Translations under genes and position numbers: made by a program
Shown here: positions 59,457 through 64,000 of the stretch, one piece after another
How positions within the stretch are numbered: the stretch's first letter is position 1
Layout of the letters: each line of letters begins with the position of its first letter
Assembly: GCA_041687395.1 (NCBI GenBank)
Contig: JAWLCA010000013.1
Coordinates: 51,470 to 115,469, forward strand
Direction: 5' to 3'
Length of the DNA stretch: 64,000 nucleotides
From: Paracoccaceae bacterium
GTDB taxonomy: Bacteria; Pseudomonadota; Alphaproteobacteria; Rhodobacterales; Rhodobacteraceae
Notes under the pieces: model-generated
Seen by the model: the letters and a program-made list of their open reading frames with translations, nothing else
Told to the model about the DNA's origin: nothing
Databases searched by the model: none

Positions 59457-59547
59457 CCCCACGCCGACGCACGCCCGGGACCCGCGGCAAACCTTTCGGC
59501 ACGGTTAACAAAAAAACGAATATCGTTTCAGATCATAGGGTTGCAAA

Positions 59548-59567
59548 TTTGGGCACGCGTGCCCAAA
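59548..59567 (-). terminator. 20-bp perfect palindrome after lipA (CACGCGTG core)
   Basis: tttgggCACGCGTGcccaaa, 5 nt beyond the lipA stop. Confidence 0.55.
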
Positions 59568-59571
59568 CCGC

Positions 59572-60528
59572 TCATCCCCGCCCCAGCTTCGCCTCCCGCG
59601 CCGCCTTCAGCCGGGCGAAATCATCCCCCGCATGATAGGACGACCGCGTCAGTGGCGTGGCCGAGACCATCAGGAACCCCTTGCCAAGCGCCGCCTTCTC
59701 ATAGGCCGCGAACTCTTCCGGCGTCACGAACCGATCCACCCGGTGATGCTTCGACGTAGGCTGCAGATACTGCCCGATGGTCAGGAAATCCACATCCGCA
59801 GCCCGCATGTCATCCATCACCTGAAGCACGGATTGCCGATCCTCGCCCAGCCCCACCATGATGCCCGACTTGGTGAACATCGCCGGGTCCAGTTCCTTCA
59901 CCCGCTGCAGCAGGCGAAGGCTATGGAAATAACGCGCCCCCGGCCGCACCTCGGGGTAAAGGCCGGGGACTGTTTCCAAATTGTGGTTGAACACATCCGG
60001 ACGCGCCTCGACGACCATTTCCAGCGCGCTTGCCGGGCATTTCAGGAAATCCGGCGTCAGCACCTCGATCGTTGTGCCCGGGCTGCGATGCCGGATCGCC
60101 CGGATCGTCTGCGCAAAATGCTCCGCCCCGCCATCGTCCAGATCATCGCGGTCGACCGATGTCACGACCACATGGTTCAGCCCCAAGGTCTCCACCGCAT
60201 GCGCCACCCGCCCCGGCTCGAACGCATCCAGCGTCTGCGGCCGCCCGGTGGCGACGTTGCAGAAGGTACAGCCGCGCGTGCAGATCTCGCCCATGATCAT
60301 CATGGTGGCGTGTCCCTGGCTCCAGCACTCGCCAACGTTCGGGCACCCCGCCTCCTCGCAAACCGTCACCAGCTTGTTCTTGCGCAGGATGTCGCGGGTC
60401 TGCTTGTAGCCTTCGGAGTTGGGCGCCTTCACCCGTATCCACGCAGGCTTCTTCGGCTGCGCCTGGTCAGCCCGGTGGGCCTTTTCCGGGTGGCGTTCGG
60501 TCGGGATGGTCAGGTCGCGCGGGGTCAT
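59572..60528 (-). CDS. lipA: Lipoyl synthase
   Basis: Internal start [16 protein letters not shown]. Motifs [13 protein letters not shown] and [10 protein letters not shown] (radical SAM) present. Confidence 0.95.
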   Translation of the reverse strand: MTPRDLTIPTERHPEKAHRADQAQPKKPAWIRVKAPNSEGYKQTRDILRKNKLVTVCEEAGCPNVGECWSQGHATMMIMGEICTRGCTFCNVATGRPQTLDAFEPGRVAHAVETLGLNHVVVTSVDRDDLDDGGAEHFAQTIRAIRHRSPGTTIEVLTPDFLKCPASALEMVVEARPDVFNHNLETVPGLYPEVRPGARYFHSLRLLQRVKELDPAMFTKSGIMVGLGEDRQSVLQVMDDMRAADVDFLTIGQYLQPTSKHHRVDRFVTPEEFAAYEKAALGKGFLMVSATPLTRSSYHAGDDFARLKAAREAKLGRG

Positions 60529-60642
60529 CGGTGCCTCAGCTTTGCTTGCCTGATCACATAGCCCCTTTGCGCCCGCTTGTCCAAACCATCGCTGCACCAG
60601 ATTGCAGCGTTGCACAAAATGCATGTGCTCAGGATCGCCCTC

Positions 60643-60679
60643 CGAAAAGTGAAAAGGCGCGAGGTTTCCCCCGCGCCTT
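60643..60679 (-). terminator. Intrinsic terminator after the HTH/GafA-like gene
   Basis: Minus strand reads aaggcgcg-ggggaaacct-cgcgcctt, followed by ttcactttt. Confidence 0.6.
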
Positions 60680-60714
60680 CTCTTCGGTTTTTGCCTGTAT
60701 TTTTCTTCAGCGCC

Positions 60715-61839
60715 TCATCCGATCAGCGAATCCGATCCGCCGTATGTCTCGTCGTAGTGCCGCTTCAGCCGCTGCAACGCGATCCGCAGGACGATCTTGC
60801 CGGACCGCGCGGCCCAGCCCATCCGCCGCTCGGCCGTCTCCAACCCTTCAAGATAGCAGCAGCAGCGCAGCACCATGTCGCCCAGACCCGGGCCCAGATC
60901 GCGCAGCGCGGCGGCCACACGCTCGCGCGCACCCCGCGGCCCCTCGGCCGGACCGCCCGCGGGCACGAAGCCTCCCCGGTCGCCACCGGTCAGGAAGCGG
61001 TCCCAGTTCTGCGCCACCCGCGTGCCCATCTGGGCAAGCTCGAAATCCTCGCGCAGACGCTCGGCGGCGGCGACCAGGTCGGGTGTCAGGAAGGGCTTAC
61101 CATCCTTGTCCCGCCGGCGCCCAAGGGCGGCAACCGGGCTCTCGGCCAGATTGTAGCGCACGCGGCGCGCGGCGCCGTCGCCATCCTCGTCGATCTCGCG
61201 TTCTCCCCAGACCCGGTGCTGCTCGGCAAAGGGTGTGGCAGCCTCGGCAAATCCGGCGCGCGCATGTTCATCGGCGGCGAGCAACCGCTTCAGGGCAGCG
61301 CGCCCGGTGGCCGTGATCTCGTAGGTGGTTACTCGCCCGCTTCCGCGGCACGAGATCCAGTCCTTCAGCGCAAAGGCCTGGGCGATGACGCGATCCACCA
61401 CCGCGATGCGGGCGGGCTTTCCGCCGGGCAGGTCGCGCAGGACCACCGCACGCTCCATCTCGGCGGCGATCGCCAGCATTGCGCCAGGTTCGCATAGACG
61501 GCGCAGGATGCGCCTCGCCTCGCGCTCTATCGTGGCCTCGTCGGAAAGTGTGGGGTCAGGACGCAGGGCAGCAGTCATTTCGGTATTGTCCTTCCTGGCT
61601 AGGGTCGGGGCATCGGTGTAGGTGAGCTGAGCAAGGCTGAGAAGCGCCTCGTCCACCAGAGGGTCGTCGCGACGGCTTTCGAAACGGCGGACCTGACGGA
61701 GTATGGTCGAGGCATGACATCCCTCGAGCCGCGCGAGTTCACGCAGGGACATCCCCTTTTCCACGTGCGACAGATACAACCGCACGGAGTCCGGCAACCA
61801 CGCCGGCAATCCGTTACGGCTTTCCTCTGTCGTCGTCAT
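60715..61839 (-). CDS. HTH protein with conserved C-terminal domain (DUF6456-like); candidate GafA-type gene-transfer-agent activator
   Basis: N-terminal HTH LSHVEKGMSLRELARLEGCHASTILRQVRRFE, a long linker, and a C-terminal block GLGDMVLRCCCYLEGLETAERRMGWAARSGKIVLRIALQRL. The start is ambiguous between ATG 61839 and GTG 61878. Family assignment is from memory and not verified. Confidence 0.6.
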   Translation of the reverse strand: MTTTEESRNGLPAWLPDSVRLYLSHVEKGMSLRELARLEGCHASTILRQVRRFESRRDDPLVDEALLSLAQLTYTDAPTLARKDNTEMTAALRPDPTLSDEATIEREARRILRRLCEPGAMLAIAAEMERAVVLRDLPGGKPARIAVVDRVIAQAFALKDWISCRGSGRVTTYEITATGRAALKRLLAADEHARAGFAEAATPFAEQHRVWGEREIDEDGDGAARRVRYNLAESPVAALGRRRDKDGKPFLTPDLVAAAERLREDFELAQMGTRVAQNWDRFLTGGDRGGFVPAGGPAEGPRGARERVAAALRDLGPGLGDMVLRCCCYLEGLETAERRMGWAARSGKIVLRIALQRLKRHYDETYGGSDSLIG

Positions 61840-62063
61840 CCTCTGCCCCCAGTTCGAACCGGCGCGTGCCGGCCACACAGATTGCTGATCCGTTAAGGTT
61901 AACGTTGCTTAGCAATGGTTACGGACCAGTTAATATCCGCGCATGATCCCATCATTGTTTCCAATAGCTAAACTATACTGAAAGCCCCGCGCGCCGTTTT
62001 GCAAACTCCGGCAACACCCGCTTAGGTTGAGTCACTCTAGGCGTCCATCAAGGAGCTGCCAAC

Positions 62064-62420
62064 ATGATGAACCTTCGCACGATTGACCTGACCGGAACCG
62101 ACTTCTGGGCACAGGTGGCCGCGCTGCGGCGCCCGCGCCTGCTCATAAGCGCGGCCAGGCACGCGCTTTCAGAGTGCGACCGGGAACGGAACCTGCGCCG
62201 CATCCTCGCCAATTCTGCAGCGCCCGCCCCGATCAAGGCAATGCCCCGGCTGTTGGAGGAAGAGCAACGCCTGAACGACCTGCGCCGTGCGGAAGACGCA
62301 ACCTACGACGCGCACAGGCACATTGCGGTTCTGACTGCGATTCTGGGGGAACTCCAAACCTTGCCGCGCCCCGTGCCGCAGCTTCTTGTCGTTCCCAATC
62401 TGGGCGATCGACCGGAATGA
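62064..62420 (+). CDS. Small conserved hypothetical protein (DUF6477-like), divergent partner of the HTH gene
   Basis: 118 aa with an AAGGAG SD. Helical and Arg-rich. Family name recalled from Rhodobacterales annotations and not verified. Confidence 0.55.
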   Translation: MMNLRTIDLTGTDFWAQVAALRRPRLLISAARHALSECDRERNLRRILANSAAPAPIKAMPRLLEEEQRLNDLRRAEDATYDAHRHIAVLTAILGELQTLPRPVPQLLVVPNLGDRPE

Positions 62421-62450
62421 GACAATCAGACCTGTCGCGGCACCCGACGC

Positions 62451-63998
62451 CTACAGAAAGGCGTCGGGCATTTCCGAGTTGCGACGATCGACATAAGCTT
62501 GAAGCGCCTCAGCGGTGCCGGGATCGATGGCGGGGGGCTGATAATCGCCCAGCATCTTCGTCACCCGTTTGCGGGCCAGCGCGACTGTGTCGCGCGCGCC
62601 TTCTTCTTCCCAGGTTTCGAAAGGCTTGTAGTCGAGAAGTTCGGTCCGCCAGAAGGCCGACTTGAAATTCGCCTGTGTGTGGCCGCAGCCTAGGAAGTGC
62701 CCCCCCGGCCCGACCTCGCGAATCGCATCCATCGCTTGTCCATTCTCGGACAGGTCGATTCCCCGTGCCAGACCGTGCAGCGCGCCCAGTTGATCGGCAT
62801 CCATCACGAATTTCTCGAAGCTGGCGACCAGTCCGCCCTCCAGCCATCCGCAGGCGTGCAACATGAAGTTCACGCCCGACAGCAGCGCCACGTTAAGACT
62901 GTTTGCCGATTCGTAGGCGGCCTGGGCGTCGGGCAGCTTCGATCCGCAGAACGCCCCCCCCGATCGGTAGGGCAAGCCAAGCCGCCGGGCGAGTTGACCC
63001 GCGCCATAGGTGATCAGCGCCGCCTCGGGCGTGCCGAAAGTGGGCGCACCTGAATTCATGTCGATGGAGGTGACGAAGGCGCCGAAGATAACCGGCGCGC
63101 CGGGACGGACAAGCTGGCTGTAGGCAACGGCCACCAGCACCTCTGCCAACACCTGCGTCAGCGTGCCCGCGACCGTGACCGGCGCCATCGCCCCGCCGAC
63201 GATGAAGGGACTGACGATGCAGGCCTGACCCGCGGCGGCATAAACCTCCAGCGCGCCCATCATCACCGCATCGAATGTCAGCGGCGAGTTGATGTTGACC
63301 AGCGAGGTCATCACGCAGTTCTGGTCAACAAAATCAGACCCGAACAGAACCCTCGCCATCTCGACCGAGTCCGCGGCGCGGCTTGGTTCGGTCACCGAGC
63401 CCATGAATGGCTTGTCCGACAGCGTCATATGCGCCAGCAGCATGTCCAGATGGCGCTTGTTGACCGGCACATCGGTCGGCTCGCAGACCGTTCCGCCGGA
63501 ATGGTGCAGCCATTTCGACATGTAGCCCAGCTTCACGAAGTTCCGGAAATCCTCGATCGTGGCATAGCGGCGGCCGCCAACCGCATCCCGGACAAAGGGC
63601 GGGCCGTAGACCGGCGCCAGCACAAGACTGCGCCCGCCGATCTCGACATTCCGCGCGGGATTGCGGGCGTGTTGGACGAACGAGGCGGGCGCCGTGGTGC
63701 AAAGCTTTCGCGCCAGCCCGCGCGGGATGCGAACGCGTTCGCCATCGACCGTGGCCCCAGCGTCCCGCCAGCGCTGAAGAGCGGCGGGGTTCTCGGGGAA
63801 ATTCACGCCGATCTCTTCCAGAATGATCTCGGCGTTGTGCTCGATGATCTCCAGCGCCTCGGCGTTCAGCACCTCTAGATTGGGGATATTGCGCTCGATG
63901 AAGCGCGCGGTCTCGAAGCTGACGGCCGACCGCTCTGCACGCCGCGCGGCGCCGCCCCCGCTGCGTGCCCGACGACCTGCCAATGCCGCGTCGCTCAT
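62451..63998 (-). CDS. Trimethylamine methyltransferase (MttB) superfamily protein, non-pyrrolysine type
   Basis: 515 aa with an MttB-like body (VYGPPFVRD..., INSPLTFD...) and no in-frame amber codon. The substrate (a quaternary amine such as glycine betaine) cannot be inferred by eye. The start lies 2 nt from the window edge. Confidence 0.8.
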   Translation of the reverse strand: MSDAALAGRRARSGGGAARRAERSAVSFETARFIERNIPNLEVLNAEALEIIEHNAEIILEEIGVNFPENPAALQRWRDAGATVDGERVRIPRGLARKLCTTAPASFVQHARNPARNVEIGGRSLVLAPVYGPPFVRDAVGGRRYATIEDFRNFVKLGYMSKWLHHSGGTVCEPTDVPVNKRHLDMLLAHMTLSDKPFMGSVTEPSRAADSVEMARVLFGSDFVDQNCVMTSLVNINSPLTFDAVMMGALEVYAAAGQACIVSPFIVGGAMAPVTVAGTLTQVLAEVLVAVAYSQLVRPGAPVIFGAFVTSIDMNSGAPTFGTPEAALITYGAGQLARRLGLPYRSGGAFCGSKLPDAQAAYESANSLNVALLSGVNFMLHACGWLEGGLVASFEKFVMDADQLGALHGLARGIDLSENGQAMDAIREVGPGGHFLGCGHTQANFKSAFWRTELLDYKPFETWEEEGARDTVALARKRVTKMLGDYQPPAIDPGTAEALQAYVDRRNSEMPDAFL

Positions 63999-64000
63999 GC

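Overview
This is a visibly high-GC, densely coding alphaproteobacterial chromosome segment with Rhodobacterales/Paracoccaceae-like gene content. GC was not computed. I call about 58 protein-coding genes. I saw no rRNA, tRNA, CRISPR array, IS element, integrase or prophage signature. Many long Arg/Pro/Gly-rich ORFs in the track are antisense shadows of real genes, and several real genes start well inside their listed ORFs. I re-assigned those starts from Shine-Dalgarno sequences and family-typical N-termini.

Most content is housekeeping:
- Translation and tRNA modification: rpsB-tsf, carA, glyA, lipA, nadK, trmFO, gluQ, aat.
- Central metabolism: maeB, prpE, bdhA.
- Catabolism: lysine-catabolic amaB/gcdH and psuKG.

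The items most worth a second look are:
1. A GntR-regulated operon at 8.5-16.1 kb. It combines an SsuD-like LLM monooxygenase, an aldo-keto reductase and a flavin reductase (the SmoC/SmoB/SmoA triad of the sulfoquinovose sulfo-ASMO pathway). It uses a TRAP transporter instead of an ABC importer, has no sulfoquinovosidase, and carries an extra Gfo/Idh/MocA oxidoreductase.
2. A stand-alone processive GT2 synthase at 44.6-46.6 kb with an N-terminal MshEN-type putative c-di-GMP receptor domain in place of a PilZ domain.
3. A divergent pair at 60.7-62.4 kb: an HTH plus C-terminal-domain protein and a small protein, resembling the gene-transfer-agent activator locus (GafA-like).
4. A hybrid HisKA-HATPase-REC-HPt kinase with no input domain, translationally coupled to a LuxO-like sigma-54 activator.
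5. ORF-free intergenic regions that carry strong intrinsic terminators, which makes them candidate sRNAs.
6. A recurrent CACGCGTG-core palindrome just downstream of four stop codons.

Everything here comes from reading the sequence and recalling protein families. No searches or folding computations were run.
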